Below are positions 35,396 to 46,336 of a stretch of DNA of 64,000 nucleotides, piece by piece. This stretch comes from Candidatus Aenigmatarchaeota archaeon (lineage in GTDB: Archaea > Aenigmatarchaeota > Aenigmatarchaeia > CG10238-14 > SCSR01). The notes below the pieces were generated by a model, which searched no databases, was not told where the DNA came from, and saw only the letters and a list, made by a program, of their open reading frames with translations. Where the stretch lies: the NCBI GenBank assembly GCA_038998335.1, contig JAVZHQ010000001.1, positions 672,609-736,608 of the forward strand, written 5' to 3'. How positions within the stretch are numbered: position 1 is the stretch's first letter; each line of letters begins with the position of its first letter. The translations under genes were made by a program, and so were the position numbers.

Positions 35396-36734
35396 CCAAT
35401 AACTTTTCTATTGTTTCTATAAATTTTTCTTCTTTTCCCTTTGGTATTATTCCACCTGCTGCTTTTTGATGGCCTCCACCTTCTCCCTCAAGCTGTGAAG
35501 TCGAAACTCTAATAATTTCTTTAAGGTTTATCGAGTTAAAAAGCTTCGGTATTCTTGCCGAAATTTTTACTTCATCATCAGAGTAAGCTAAACCAAACAA
35601 TGGCTTGCTATCTACTAAGGAAGAATTTAAAAGTATTGAAGTTATTGTTCCTATGAGAGTGTCTGGGATTTTATCTTTTGCTATCAAAAAGTTTGCGTGC
35701 TTTTTCTTGATTATAGGGTTTTCTTCCTTTATCCAAGCTAAAATCCTGCTTATTTCTTTTCTGTATTCTTCGAATATTTTCAAGGCTTCTTCTAAGGCTT
35801 CTTTATTTCTTAAACAAACTTTTATCGCTATATCTGTTCTTCCTAGCCTTCCGCAAGCGTTTATTAAAGTTGCAAACTCTCTTGCGTCTTGAATTTCTTC
35901 AGGCCTTTCAACCAAAGTGTAAATATCGCCAAAAATGTCTTCCGCGTTTTCAAGTTTAAACCTTTCGGCTATTAAAGCAGAAGCAAGCTTTCTTTGCTCT
36001 TCCATGCTTAAATCTTTAAGCTTTCTCCATTTTCCGTTTTCTTTCAAAGGAATCCCTATTTCAGACAAAAGTTGAACTGCATTGGATTCTGAGCCACTTA
36101 TTCCTGGGATGTAAGGATCAAAGGAAAGTTCTAAGGCTTTGTGAATAGCTCTTGTGTTTCTTCCGTAAAGTCTTAAACCTTTTGTTATTCTTACTTTCCC
36201 AAGGTTTTCCGCTTCTTCTAAAACTTTTTTTGCTAAACCTTTAAGCTCCCATTTTTCATCAATCATATCACCAATTGCTCCAACTATAGCTAAATCTATA
36301 AGCTCAGAATTTCTTATATCAAAAAATTTCGCAAAGAAATAACAAACTATTGATGTTGACACTTCTTCTTCTCCAAAAAGAATTGGGTTTAAATGATAAA
36401 GGTTAAAATGAGAAAAATCTTTTGGTTGATGATGATCTATAACAAAAACTTGAGTTTTTTCCAAAAATTTTTTTAACAAGTCAAGCTGCCCGCTACCCAA
36501 ATCAAGAAAAAGCAAAATTGTTTTCTCATCAAAATCAAGTTTTTCAACTTCCTTTGCAGTAAGCTGCTTGATTATTCTTAAAATAAAGTTTTTATTTTCT
36601 CTTAGAAGCATTTTAGCTATAATCGAAGCAGAAGTTAAGCCATCGCAATCAAAATGAGAAATTATAGCTACACTTTTCTCTTTTATCATCCCTTTAAAAA
36701 CTTTAGAAAACCTCTCAACATTTTCTAAAAACAA
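35370..36734 (-). CDS. DHH-family phosphoesterase, archaeal RecJ-like (GAN/HAN-type) nuclease
   Basis: DHH motif region VAIISHFDCDGLTSASI, DHHA1 GGGHQKAAGG; conserved position between rpS15 and rpS3Ae; TTG start (ATG 45 nt downstream). Confidence 0.75.
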   Translation of the reverse strand: MFLENVERFSKVFKGMIKEKSVAIISHFDCDGLTSASIIAKMLLRENKNFILRIIKQLTAKEVEKLDFDEKTILLFLDLGSGQLDLLKKFLEKTQVFVIDHHQPKDFSHFNLYHLNPILFGEEEVSTSIVCYFFAKFFDIRNSELIDLAIVGAIGDMIDEKWELKGLAKKVLEEAENLGKVRITKGLRLYGRNTRAIHKALELSFDPYIPGISGSESNAVQLLSEIGIPLKENGKWRKLKDLSMEEQRKLASALIAERFKLENAEDIFGDIYTLVERPEEIQDAREFATLINACGRLGRTDIAIKVCLRNKEALEEALKIFEEYRKEISRILAWIKEENPIIKKKHANFLIAKDKIPDTLIGTITSILLNSSLVDSKPLFGLAYSDDEVKISARIPKLFNSINLKEIIRVSTSQLEGEGGGHQKAAGGIIPKGKEEKFIETIEKLLGEALGEKS

Positions 36735-36738
36735 GCGA

Positions 36739-37164
36739 TCACTTCTGCACCAAAAGCTTTGCTTCTTCCGGAGAATACTTCCAATCTTTTGGCAAAATTC
36801 CTTTTCTTATGTAATACTTTGCTAACTTTCTTATTCTTGATTCTAAAAGTTGCAAACCTCTTAAAGAATGTTTATCAGCTTTATTCTTTTCTAAATGCTC
36901 TCTAAGTTTTACTGCCCTTCTAAAAAGACTTAGTAAATCTTCTGGATAAGAAGGATAAAGCTTATGCTCTTTCATTATTTGCGTTATGCTTTTTCCTGTT
37001 ATTGCTTTAACGTCAGGAATTCCGTACTGATCTCTTAAGATTAATCCTATTTTTGCAGAGGTGTTTCCTTCCTTAGCCAATTTTACTACCAATTCTTCAA
37101 CTTCCTCTTTCTTAAGCTTGACCCATTTTGGAACAAATCTTATTGGTAAGCGTTTAGAAGCCAT
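36739..37164 (-). CDS. rps15: 30S ribosomal protein S15 (uS15 / S13e)
   Basis: [75 protein letters not shown]; longest ORF starts GTG at 37173, ATG at 37164. Confidence 0.9.
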   Translation of the reverse strand: MASKRLPIRFVPKWVKLKKEEVEELVVKLAKEGNTSAKIGLILRDQYGIPDVKAITGKSITQIMKEHKLYPSYPEDLLSLFRRAVKLREHLEKNKADKHSLRGLQLLESRIRKLAKYYIRKGILPKDWKYSPEEAKLLVQK

Positions 37165-37169
37165 ATAAA

Positions 37170-37409
37170 TCACTTAAAGACCCAGATAAAAATCAAAGTC
37201 ACTGTTGAGAGAAAACTTAAAGAAGCTCCTACCATAGCTAAAATCGCAGGAAAACCTTGAGGTGAAACTATTGTTAAGCCTATGCCTAAGCTAAAGAAAA
37301 TTGCTCCTAAAAATATCAACAATATCGAAATGTTTTCTGCAGTTTCAATTCTATTCTTTCCCTTTATTTTTTCTTTCCATATATCTTGCACGCCTTTCAA
37401 TTTCTTCAA
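37170..37409 (-). CDS. Small 2-TM membrane protein (79 aa), doubtful
   Basis: ORF track; 59-nt overlap with bud32 3' end. Confidence 0.3.
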   Translation of the reverse strand: MKKLKGVQDIWKEKIKGKNRIETAENISILLIFLGAIFFSLGIGLTIVSPQGFPAILAMVGASLSFLSTVTLIFIWVFK

Positions 37410-37992
37410 CCTTCCTCAAAACTTTTTCTGCATCCTTATATTCTTTTTTATAACCTTTAACTATATTATTCCAGCAAAGCTTTAAAACTTTAAAATGAGC
37501 TGATTTTATAGCTTCATAAAGCAAGTTTAGATCAACACCAAAATCTTCTATTCTTTTTGAAAAATCTCCTAGGCTAAAATCTAAAAAATAAATTTTATCG
37601 TCTTTTAAAATCATGTTGCTTGTTGTTAAATCGCCATGAACGATTCCAGAAGAATGAAGCTTTCCTATTAATTTACCGAGCTCAAAGCAAACTTTTTCTA
37701 TTTCTTCTTTTTTTGCTGAGTTTAAAAACTCTTTAAGCCTTATTCCTTCTATAAATTCCATTATTATCTTATGATTTTTCTCGTCAACAAAAAGAACTTG
37801 TGGAGTTGCTATTCCTATGCTTCTTGCTTCTCTCAAAAGACTGACTTCTTTTCTTGTCCTCACTTTTCTCAATTTTGTATCTATTTCTTCAATTCTGTAT
37901 TTTTTCTCTATTCTTTCCTTGACTAAAACCTTCTTTCCTTCAAAATAATCAAGATAAAGAATTGCCTCTGCTCCTCTGTAGATAATTTCCAT
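37351..37992 (-). CDS. bud32: Bud32 atypical protein kinase (KEOPS complex, RIO-like)
   Basis: 213 aa; RGAEAILY, VLVKERIEKKYR, catalytic loop HGDLTTSNMIL, FLDFSLG. Confidence 0.8.
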   Translation of the reverse strand: MEIIYRGAEAILYLDYFEGKKVLVKERIEKKYRIEEIDTKLRKVRTRKEVSLLREARSIGIATPQVLFVDEKNHKIIMEFIEGIRLKEFLNSAKKEEIEKVCFELGKLIGKLHSSGIVHGDLTTSNMILKDDKIYFLDFSLGDFSKRIEDFGVDLNLLYEAIKSAHFKVLKLCWNNIVKGYKKEYKDAEKVLRKVEEIERRARYMERKNKGKE

Positions 37993-38001
37993 AGAATCAG
38001 C

Positions 38002-41000
38002 TTAAGGGTCTTTTAAACCATTTTCTGTAATCTTAAAAACACATTCTCCTTCTGGTAAATCAGGAGCATCTACTAATCTAGCAATTCTTGCCCCTTCTTT
38101 TCCTCTTCTCAAGTAAATTCTATAAGTTGAGTTATGAACTAAATAACCGTTTGCCAAGAAGTTTGCGCAATCTGTTTCTATATCTATTAATTTTTCATTG
38201 TTTTGCAACTTTTTTATCGAGTAAATTTTTTCGAAGTTTAAGCCTAATAAACTACCAAAGATTTTGTTCACTTCTTCATACTTCTTACACAATTCTTCAA
38301 GCTCAGGATAGCTAACGTTATTTTCTAAATGCTTGAAATCATAGCTTATTCCAATTTCTTTAAGTAGTTGCATGAGCTTTTTCCTTTTCAAAGGAATTTT
38401 TTCTTCTTTTCTTAGCTTTCTATCTTCAAGCTTTTTGTTTTTTCTAGAAGATGTGAAACCAATCTCTTTAAACTTGTTTGGATTAACCATCAACCTATAA
38501 TATATTCCATGCTTATTTCGAACTATAGAGATAGTTGAATGAATACCAAGTCTTAATAGCAAAAGTTTAACGAAAACAAGGAAATCCTTATCTTTCATCG
38601 TTAAGTTAGCCATGCTGTTTATGCTTCCTTCTGCGTCAAACAAACCTTTAACAAAAGCTTTAATTACGCTTTTTCTTTCAAAGAACAACTCATAAATATT
38701 CTCAATTAGAAACTTGAAAACATTAGCTACATACTTGTTTGCAAACTTGAGCTCAAAACAATTTTTATTCTTAACCTTTGAAATTTTTGGTTCTACGTTA
38801 AAAACACTTTTGAACAAGCTAGCATAAAACTCTAGAACTTCCTTATTTTCATCTTTTATTTGGATAGAATTGTTATAAAAGTCCTTAGAACCATCGCCGA
38901 CAAAATATCCTAAAATCTGAGCTAGCTCTTCTGTCAGCTCTCTAACTTCTTTAACATCCTTATGCTTAACTGTTTCTTTAACTTCATACTCAATTTTTCC
39001 TATAAACCTTTCGATTCTTCTTATAATCTTTAAGGAAGTTGGAAGTGAAGAGTTTAAAATTCCTCTAAGATGTCTAGCTCCTATTCCTAAAAAGTTTTTG
39101 CATTCAGCATTATGCTTAATTGAGAAGATTTGTTGAAGTCTTTTTTTAACTTTCTCTGGGTTTTTGATTACGTATACCTTTTCTGGATTAAACTTCTTTA
39201 TCTTAAGCTTTTTCTCAGGAACATCGATTAATTTTGGAAGAATAAGATAATCTCCAGTTTTTAAATCCTTACTTTTAACTTCTTTAAAACCTTCTTCTGT
39301 AAAGATAAAAACAGTATGGTCTGGTGAAACTCGAAGGTTATGATTAATTTCTAATATTGTTGGCCTTTCAGTTTCAACTTTTTCCACAACTTTATAAAAT
39401 CTAAAACCATCTTTATAACCAAGTATATTCATAGGATTATGAACATCTTTTATCTTCTTCATTCCTTCGTTTGTTACTATTAAAGAGTTAGAATCCACAC
39501 AAAGATGCCCAAGCACATGACCCCCTACAGGAGCTGTTGGGTCGCCAAATAAAACATCAGGCCTTGCCATTACCTGATTGGTAATATAAACTGCTAAATT
39601 GTAAGCATCAGCAAGCTTTTGTAAATGATGCAAATGTTTGTTTAATTTTTGCTGTCTTTCAGCAAGCTCTCCTCTTCCTATGAATTCTGCTCTGAAATGA
39701 GAAGTAAGAGAATTATGAACCAAAAAACCGTTAGCTACATAACACTCATAGCCTGGTACTGTCATATCATAAACAAAAGTTGGTAGTTTTTTCAGTTCTT
39801 TTACTTTTTTTATCTTGAAAAAACCTAAGTTAGAGTTAACTATTTTCTTCAAGAATTCTAATTCTTTACAACTTCCAATTTTTTCAAAATTCTCTATAAG
39901 TTTTTTGAGAGTAGGTCTTTGTGGATAGTAGAATTTTCTGTAGGTTGAAAGCCCAAAACCAAATTTATTTTGAACCGTATAAACTGAAACTCCAAGTTTT
40001 TTTGCTATAACTTCTATTACATCCATAGAAATAGGAATAGGATCTTTGTGTAAGAATTTCTTATTTAAGAATTCAACCATTTTATTGAGCTTAGCGAGCT
40101 TCTTTTTGTGATTAAAACTAATGAATTTTTGAAAATTCATTATACTTTGACAATCTATTATTCTAATTTCATAAGTTTTTCCCCAACGATTCTTACAGGT
40201 CTTAATTTCTGTACTTTCTATACCAAACCTTAATAATGCATACTTTACTTGTTCTACTAATTTTTTACTTGCAGAAGCAAATATGATATGATGGATTCTG
40301 GCCTTTCTGGTAATTTTTTCCTTCCCTCTTCTGAAAATGGTATTATAAGGCTTTCCAAAATATACCGAACCTTCTGCATCAAATAAACCTCTCAAAAAGG
40401 CTCCTAATTCTTCATCAGTAGAAGTTAGAATTTCCTTTGGAATTTCTTTTTCTTTTGAACTTTTTCTTAAACCCAAACTCGTAAGAAATTCTATAAGTTT
40501 AACAGAATTTATATCGAAATAATAACAATTTTTGTTCTTAGCTCTTTTAATAGGCCTTGGAGAGAAAGAAAGTTTTCTAGCCAGAAAATGGTAATATTTT
40601 AAGAGTGTTTTGTTACTGTCCCAAAAATCTATCTTATTCCTACTTATCCCACCATCTCCCAAGAAATAACCTATAAACTCTAGCCATTCCTTCCCCAAAA
40701 ATTTTTTCCCTTTAACCTCTAATTTTTTAATTCCAACAACATAATCTCCTCTTTTTAACTCTTTAGCAAATTTCTCTTTTATCCCATCTTCATCTAAAAC
40801 AAAAAACCTATGGTTTGGTGTAACTTTAATCTTTCTCGTACCAACATCTATTTCTACCATCTTTTCAGGTAGCTTCTTGTATAAAGCTGAAACAAAAGCT
40901 GGTTCTTGAGAAAAATTGTTTAGGTCAACTGATAATAACGGATTTTCTGACATGACTTGTATTGGTTTAACGATATGACCATTAGCTGTTATTATATTTG

Positions 41001-42861
41001 TTTCAGGATGCACGCAATCGATGACTATTAAACCAATGTTTTTCTCTTCTATTAGTTCGTTAGCCTTTTCTACTAAAAGCATTTGATGCTCTGCGTTAAA
41101 AGCTCTTGCAACGAAAATGTTTTTAAGTGTTTCTTGTGGTTCAAGCTTTAAAGCTTTTGCTATGTTTAAAATTCTAGAAGGCGAAAAAGTATTTTCTGTA
41201 TCTATCCACAAACAGCTTCTTTTAAGTCCACCTTTTTCTTCAGGAAGTTGAACGTTAACTGCAAGCTGAAAGCCTAGTTGTGTCTTTCCTGAGTTATGAG
41301 AAACTAAACTGTTTGCTATAAAATTGTGTGTTCCTGGCACTTCTAGATCATAGACCTTTCCGTCGGGAGTAGAAATTTCAGAAATGTTAACCACTTTAAG
41401 ATAGTTAGAACGTGGAAGATTTCTTTCTCTTTTATAGCTTTTTACAACTTCAATTATTCTATCCTTTAACCTTATCGAAAACTTTCCAATCTCTTCCAAG
41501 AAACGGATTATGGAGTTTCTATCCCTAATACATAGTCTTAAATAAGTTACTTCTTTACCATTCCTTTTAGTTTTTTCTTTGTTTATGCGTGAAAAAATGC
41601 CGAACTTAGCTAAAAGAAGTTGTACATCCTCTATCAACCTACAGCTAGAACTTCTAAGACTAACTTCCCTTGAATAGGCTGGTAAGGTATAAATGTAAGA
41701 TTTTATACCTTCTTTACAAACTCTTATATGTTTTCTTGTTCTTTCTCTCATATCCAATACTACACTACCTTCACCGTCAAACAAGGCTGATAAGAATCTT
41801 GCTATCACATCTTTTGGTGATTGAAAAATTTGCTCAGGCACGTGTTTTTCTGAAGAACGATTAAAAATTCCTTCAAATTGCCTTAGAAACTCTCCTACCA
41901 CAACAGAATTTATATCAACTATTTTTACTTTTTCTTCAGCCTTTCTTCTACTCGTATCTATACCAAAAACAGACTTAACCAAGTACTCAAACCTTTCGAT
42001 AATATCCTTGTTCTTATTGACAATAGAAACTCTGGAAATTGTATTGGTCTTGCTTTGTGTTTCTTTCCATCCTTCCGAGATTATAAAACCTAAAATTTCT
42101 GCAAGTTCTGGAGTTAAAAAGGATGGCAACTTTGGTTTAGATAACTTACTTATTGGAGTATTCTTAGCAAGTTTAATTTGAGTGTTTAGTCTAACGTATT
42201 CTTTTGGAAATATACAGTCTGAAACCATCAATACAGCATCACCAACATGCATATTTTCTGCATTTTTCCAACCAAAAGGAGTTAAAAGAGGATGATTTGG
42301 AGTTACCGATAAAGTAATGCCATTCTCGAACAAAATTTTCAAAACTTTCTCGCAAGAATACACATGTAATTTTGTAGCAACCGTTGGTTTGACAGACCCA
42401 TTTAAAGTTAATATGGGCAGCCTTATAGGATATACTCCTTCAGGAAGATTCTTAGCGATGGAAGAAATTGGTACAATTCTACCATCACCTAGAGTTATTT
42501 TAGTATTTCCTACCAAACATCCATAAGCCCCGTACGTTTCTGTTATGGCTTGAGTTTGAATTCCTCCTCCCAACAAATTGTCAAGATTCTTGCTTCCTGT
42601 TGTTATTCTTAAAGCCTTTTCCTTTCTTTCAAGAATTTTGTCAGCAGACTCAAAACCAATATCGAGCATTTGTCTTACTGCGTTTATTATCTTAGCAGCT
42701 TGACCCTCGCCAATTTCAGCTATTCTTGCAAGCTCAGAAGGAGAAGTTACAGCAATAACCATAGGGTCAACATAACCTACTTCCCTAAGCTTTTGAGCTA
42801 TTTTCTCTCCAACTCCAGGAATATCCTCAAGCTTAATTTCTTTCTTCATTCTTTTTCCCAT
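38002..42861 (-). CDS. radA: DNA repair and recombination protein RadA interrupted by three in-frame inteins (host extein ~318 aa; precursor 1619 aa)
   Basis: Extein: HhH N-domain, [17 protein letters not shown]|...|SGKTQ (Walker A split), LIVID|...|[31 protein letters not shown]|...|[29 protein letters not shown]; each insert starts with Cys and ends with HN followed by Ser. Confidence 0.9.
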   Translation of the reverse strand: MGKRMKKEIKLEDIPGVGEKIAQKLREVGYVDPMVIAVTSPSELARIAEIGEGQAAKIINAVRQMLDIGFESADKILERKEKALRITTGSKNLDNLLGGGIQTQAITETYGAYGCLVGNTKITLGDGRIVPISSIAKNLPEGVYPIRLPILTLNGSVKPTVATKLHVYSCEKVLKILFENGITLSVTPNHPLLTPFGWKNAENMHVGDAVLMVSDCIFPKEYVRLNTQIKLAKNTPISKLSKPKLPSFLTPELAEILGFIISEGWKETQSKTNTISRVSIVNKNKDIIERFEYLVKSVFGIDTSRRKAEEKVKIVDINSVVVGEFLRQFEGIFNRSSEKHVPEQIFQSPKDVIARFLSALFDGEGSVVLDMRERTRKHIRVCKEGIKSYIYTLPAYSREVSLRSSSCRLIEDVQLLLAKFGIFSRINKEKTKRNGKEVTYLRLCIRDRNSIIRFLEEIGKFSIRLKDRIIEVVKSYKRERNLPRSNYLKVVNISEISTPDGKVYDLEVPGTHNFIANSLVSHNSGKTQLGFQLAVNVQLPEEKGGLKRSCLWIDTENTFSPSRILNIAKALKLEPQETLKNIFVARAFNAEHQMLLVEKANELIEEKNIGLIVIDCVHPETNIITANGHIVKPIQVMSENPLLSVDLNNFSQEPAFVSALYKKLPEKMVEIDVGTRKIKVTPNHRFFVLDEDGIKEKFAKELKRGDYVVGIKKLEVKGKKFLGKEWLEFIGYFLGDGGISRNKIDFWDSNKTLLKYYHFLARKLSFSPRPIKRAKNKNCYYFDINSVKLIEFLTSLGLRKSSKEKEIPKEILTSTDEELGAFLRGLFDAEGSVYFGKPYNTIFRRGKEKITRKARIHHIIFASASKKLVEQVKYALLRFGIESTEIKTCKNRWGKTYEIRIIDCQSIMNFQKFISFNHKKKLAKLNKMVEFLNKKFLHKDPIPISMDVIEVIAKKLGVSVYTVQNKFGFGLSTYRKFYYPQRPTLKKLIENFEKIGSCKELEFLKKIVNSNLGFFKIKKVKELKKLPTFVYDMTVPGYECYVANGFLVHNSLTSHFRAEFIGRGELAERQQKLNKHLHHLQKLADAYNLAVYITNQVMARPDVLFGDPTAPVGGHVLGHLCVDSNSLIVTNEGMKKIKDVHNPMNILGYKDGFRFYKVVEKVETERPTILEINHNLRVSPDHTVFIFTEEGFKEVKSKDLKTGDYLILPKLIDVPEKKLKIKKFNPEKVYVIKNPEKVKKRLQQIFSIKHNAECKNFLGIGARHLRGILNSSLPTSLKIIRRIERFIGKIEYEVKETVKHKDVKEVRELTEELAQILGYFVGDGSKDFYNNSIQIKDENKEVLEFYASLFKSVFNVEPKISKVKNKNCFELKFANKYVANVFKFLIENIYELFFERKSVIKAFVKGLFDAEGSINSMANLTMKDKDFLVFVKLLLLRLGIHSTISIVRNKHGIYYRLMVNPNKFKEIGFTSSRKNKKLEDRKLRKEEKIPLKRKKLMQLLKEIGISYDFKHLENNVSYPELEELCKKYEEVNKIFGSLLGLNFEKIYSIKKLQNNEKLIDIETDCANFLANGYLVHNSTYRIYLRRGKEGARIARLVDAPDLPEGECVFKITENGLKDP
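38131..39501 (-). mobile_element. RadA intein 3 (457 aa) in [15 protein letters not shown] region with LAGLIDADG endonuclease domain
   Basis: CVDSNSL...YLVHN then STYRIYL; [14 protein letters not shown] and [12 protein letters not shown] motifs. Confidence 0.85.
39712..41016 (-). mobile_element. RadA intein 2 (435 aa) after LIVID (Walker B region) with LAGLIDADG endonuclease domain
   Basis: CVHPETNII...FLVHN then SLTSH; [12 protein letters not shown] and [12 protein letters not shown] motifs. Confidence 0.85.
41293..42519 (-). mobile_element. RadA intein 1 (409 aa) in P-loop (G114/S524 junction) with LAGLIDADG endonuclease domain
   Basis: CLVGNT...LVSHN; [13 protein letters not shown] and [12 protein letters not shown] motifs; boundaries checked codon-by-codon. 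Confidence 0.85.
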
Positions 42862-42894
42862 ATTTCTTTTCTTCTTATATTTAAATATATTCTC

Positions 42895-43905
42895 CTATCT
42901 TACTTCCTCGGGTGGTAAATTTATTTTCTCGATCAAATTTTTAATCTCTTGTTCAACATTCAACTCTTCAAAATCGTTAACTATTAACTCAAGCCTATCA
43001 AAAATTTTATTCTTCTTTATCCTTCCTCTTATTATAAGCTCCTTTCCCAAAAGTTTTTCCTCAACTGTTCTAAAACTTTCTTCTGAATTTTGAAGCTCTT
43101 TTGCGCTTAAACCTAAAAGCTTTTCTGCATTATCCCTAAAAAAAACTGTTCTTACAGTTGAAGTACCATCGTCAAGGATACAAGAAATTACAAGCTCTGG
43201 AACTGCTTCTACTTCACCATGCTCTTCACACTTGTTTTCCTCTATTGTTTCACTACAAACAGGACAAACATAAAAAAATAGCTTGTTTTTAAAAACATGA
43301 ACTATTGTTCCTTTAACCTCAAAATTTCCTGGTTTTATATCCTTAAGCAAAATTCTTTCTGTTTTTTTGAAAGAATTTAAAATTTCTTCTAGGCTTGGTA
43401 AATCTTCAGCTTCAACCTCCTTTATACTTCCATATCTTCCTAGGGAAATTTCAACATCACCAAAAATGTTTTCTTTTGCTATTCCATTTATTACTTGAAC
43501 TGCAATTCCAGGAGTTATTAATCCTTCTTCTATTATTTTTACTTGATCATTCCATAAAGGTAATCTTATAAAGCCTGTATTATCAGCAAGAAAAATGCTT
43601 GCAACTTTTCCTTCGTTACCATCAGCTCTTTTAAACTTGATTATTTCTGAAACCTTGAAAACCCTTCCTATTATGTTAACGTTTCTCATTCCAGCTACTA
43701 TGTTCTTTATTTCTAGTCTTCTTTTTCTTGGTTCAAGCTCAATTCCAAGCTCTCTTGCAACTAAGTAAGCTGCTCCTTCCCTAGAAATTAAACCAGAAAG
43801 CTCTTCTTGTTTAGAAAAAATCATTTTCTCTATTTCTTCCCTTGAAATGTTGCTTCTTTTAATTATTTCTTCCAAAATTTTCTCGTACTCTAGCATAAAA
43901 CTCAA
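42895..43905 (-). CDS. rpa: Replication protein A-like ssDNA-binding protein (OB folds plus C-terminal Zn ribbon)
   Basis: N-terminal winged-helix-like region, OB-fold segments, CPVCSETIEENKCEEHGEV Zn ribbon; immediately upstream of radA; TTG start (ATG at 43896). Confidence 0.7.
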   Translation of the reverse strand: MSFMLEYEKILEEIIKRSNISREEIEKMIFSKQEELSGLISREGAAYLVARELGIELEPRKRRLEIKNIVAGMRNVNIIGRVFKVSEIIKFKRADGNEGKVASIFLADNTGFIRLPLWNDQVKIIEEGLITPGIAVQVINGIAKENIFGDVEISLGRYGSIKEVEAEDLPSLEEILNSFKKTERILLKDIKPGNFEVKGTIVHVFKNKLFFYVCPVCSETIEENKCEEHGEVEAVPELVISCILDDGTSTVRTVFFRDNAEKLLGLSAKELQNSEESFRTVEEKLLGKELIIRGRIKKNKIFDRLELIVNDFEELNVEQEIKNLIEKINLPPEEVR

Positions 43906-43982
43906 ATAATTATTCTAAAGTAAAAGATAAATCTTTCGCTTAGCTTAAACTATTTTAAATTAAATTCTTTAATAAGGATAAA

Positions 43983-45347
43983 ATGAAAGTTTTATTAATA
44001 AACCCTCAGTTTGTTGAAGGTTATATACATTCTGCTAGATGGGATTCTTTAACAATTTCTGGAAGCCATTGGTATCCGATTTTTCTTGCGTATTGCACAG
44101 GACTTTTAGAAAAGTATGGACATGAATGTAAGTTAATCGATGCAGAAGCAGAAAATCTTAGCGACGAAGAGGTTGTAAAAATAGCTGAAAAATTTCAACC
44201 AGATTTTTCTGTTATTTATGTTTCTGAAAGAGGATTAAAACAAAACTCTGAATTGGCAAGAAAAATAAAAGAAATTACCGGAAGCAAAATAATTTTTGTT
44301 GGTCCTTGGTGTTCTATAGCAAAGAATGAAATGATGAAAATTAATTTTTTAGATCATATAATAGAGGGAGAGTTTGAATTCGTAGTTAAAAGTATAGTTG
44401 AAGGAAAAGAGAAGAGAAGATTCATCATTTCCTCAAGGCTGACAAAAGAACAAATCGATGAACTACCATGGGTAACAAAAGTTTATAAAAAGCACTTAAA
44501 CATAAAAAATTATAAAGTAAGCTCGCTATGGTATCCTTTTGTTGATTTGTTCACAGGAAGAAAATGTTATTGGGGGAAATGCACCTTTTGCCTTTGGCCT
44601 TTCACTATTTTCAAAGGAGGGACTTATGTGTTAAGAGATATCGAGGATGTTTTAGACGAAATAGAATGGGTTTCAAAGAATCTTAATGTAAAAGAAGTTT
44701 TTATTCAAGACGATACACTTTCTGGGCCAAGAGCAAAGCAAATAGCAGAAGGTATACTTGAAAGAGGAATAAAAATAAACTGGTCTGCTTATGCGAGAGG
44801 GGATTTAAGCATGACTCCAGAAATTTTAAAGAAGATGAAAGAATCAGGATGCCATTGCTTACATGTTGGTTATGAAAGTGGAAATGATGAAATCCTTAGA
44901 AATGTAAACAAAGGAGTTACAGTTAAAGATTTGGAAAAATTCACGGAATGGGCAACAAAAGCAGGAATAGATATTCATGGTGATTTTATGATTGGTTTGC
45001 CAGGAGAGACAGAAGAAACTGCAAGAAAAACCATAGATTGGGCAAAAAGGCTTAACATAGTAACTTACCAGTTTGCGCCACCAAAACCTTATAAGTGCAC
45101 CCCTTACTGGGAATGGCTTGAGAAAAACAATTTGATAGACGAAAACGGAAATCCAAACCTTCCTAACATGAGTTATGAGAGAATGGTTGAGCTATGTAAA
45201 ATTGCTATGAAAGAGTGCTACTTTAACTTAGGGTTTGTTAGAAGAGTTATTTTCAAGCCAAAGGAAATTTCAAGACTCATGCGCTCAGCGTTTCATCTTT
45301 TACCTTATATTTTCTCAAAGAAAATGGATATACCGATGGGAGAATGA
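43983..45347 (+). CDS. B12-binding-domain radical SAM protein (class B-like) with non-canonical CX4CX2C cluster motif
   Basis: N-terminal MKVLLINPQF..Rossmann-like B12-type domain; CYWGKCTFC; ATGA overlap with downstream GT2. Confidence 0.6.
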   Translation: MKVLLINPQFVEGYIHSARWDSLTISGSHWYPIFLAYCTGLLEKYGHECKLIDAEAENLSDEEVVKIAEKFQPDFSVIYVSERGLKQNSELARKIKEITGSKIIFVGPWCSIAKNEMMKINFLDHIIEGEFEFVVKSIVEGKEKRRFIISSRLTKEQIDELPWVTKVYKKHLNIKNYKVSSLWYPFVDLFTGRKCYWGKCTFCLWPFTIFKGGTYVLRDIEDVLDEIEWVSKNLNVKEVFIQDDTLSGPRAKQIAEGILERGIKINWSAYARGDLSMTPEILKKMKESGCHCLHVGYESGNDEILRNVNKGVTVKDLEKFTEWATKAGIDIHGDFMIGLPGETEETARKTIDWAKRLNIVTYQFAPPKPYKCTPYWEWLEKNNLIDENGNPNLPNMSYERMVELCKIAMKECYFNLGFVRRVIFKPKEISRLMRSAFHLLPYIFSKKMDIPMGE

Positions 45348-46336
45348 AAGAAAAATCTGTAACTGTTTTAATAACTGTTAAAAATTCAAGAAGCACTATC
45401 AAGGATTGTATAGATTCTATTCTTAGATTAAACTACAAGAACTACAAGGTTTTTGTAGTTGATGCTTTTTCAATAGACGGAACTTATGAAATACTTAAAA
45501 GTTATGGCAAAAAGATAAAAGTTGAGCAGTATAAAGGAAACCCACCAAAAGCTTATAACTATGCTATTAAAAAAATAAACACAGAATTTACCGCTTTTAC
45601 TGATGGGGATTGTGTAGTTGATAGAGATTGGCTTAAAAATCTTGTTTCATCTTTCGAATCGGAAGAAATTGGAGCAGTCGTAGGCTTTTGCAAAACTCCA
45701 GAAAAGGTAAATTTTTTACAAAAGCTTATTGGGGTAGAGTTGGAAGCTAGGTTTAAAAAATTTCCAAAGTTTATTTCTAGAGGCCCTACTATGAATCTTT
45801 GTGTTAGAACCAATATCGCTAAGAATTTAAAATTTGATGAAAATTTGGATGTGAGCTACGATGCAGATTTTGGTTATAGAATGATTGAAAAAGGAAAAAA
45901 GATTGTTTATCAACCAAAAGCAATCGTTTACCATTACCATAGAGCAAGTTTAAAAGGATTTTTCAAACAACAACTAACTTATGGAAAATTCGTTCCCTTG
46001 CTTTATTTAAAGCACAGGAAAATGGTAAAAGGAGATCATATTTCTAAACCTTCAATGATGGTTCAACCTTTTATCTTTTACTTTGCAATTTTATTTTTAA
46101 TTCTATCTTTCTTCTTTTCTAATTTTTTAGAGTTGAGCATAGCCATTTTTACACTTTTATTCTTAATATATCTCTTTGATTTCTTAGAACTTAAAACAAA
46201 AAAAGTTTATTTTTTCCCTTATCTTTTTATCTTCTTTTTAAGAACACTTGCTTGGTCTCTTGGCCTAGCTTTAGGATTAAAAATAGTTTTAGATTTTTTA
46301 GGAAAAAATAAATTAAAACAAAAAAGATATTTATGA
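45344..46336 (+). CDS. GT2-family glycosyltransferase with C-terminal TM anchor region
   Basis: VLITVKNSRSTIKDCIDSIL..YKVFVVDAFSIDGT, DGDCVVD (DxD) motifs. Confidence 0.75.
   Translation: MKEKSVTVLITVKNSRSTIKDCIDSILRLNYKNYKVFVVDAFSIDGTYEILKSYGKKIKVEQYKGNPPKAYNYAIKKINTEFTAFTDGDCVVDRDWLKNLVSSFESEEIGAVVGFCKTPEKVNFLQKLIGVELEARFKKFPKFISRGPTMNLCVRTNIAKNLKFDENLDVSYDADFGYRMIEKGKKIVYQPKAIVYHYHRASLKGFFKQQLTYGKFVPLLYLKHRKMVKGDHISKPSMMVQPFIFYFAILFLILSFFFSNFLELSIAIFTLLFLIYLFDFLELKTKKVYFFPYLFIFFLRTLAWSLGLALGLKIVLDFLGKNKLKQKRYL

Noticed and set aside
2545-43905. Longest-ORF start codons from the track for several genes (2545, 3721, 8714, 31416, 37173, 43905, 51499, 55206)
   Set aside because: These begin at TTG/GTG and have an in-frame ATG 3-35 codons downstream that gives a canonical N-terminus (e.g. 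MKILITGGAGFIGSHL for the epimerase, MKWYKIV signal peptide for the giant protein). Coordinates were adjusted. TTG/GTG retained where no better ATG exists (2881 Alba, 21723 ATPase, 35395 rpS3Ae, 36734 DHH, 53461)
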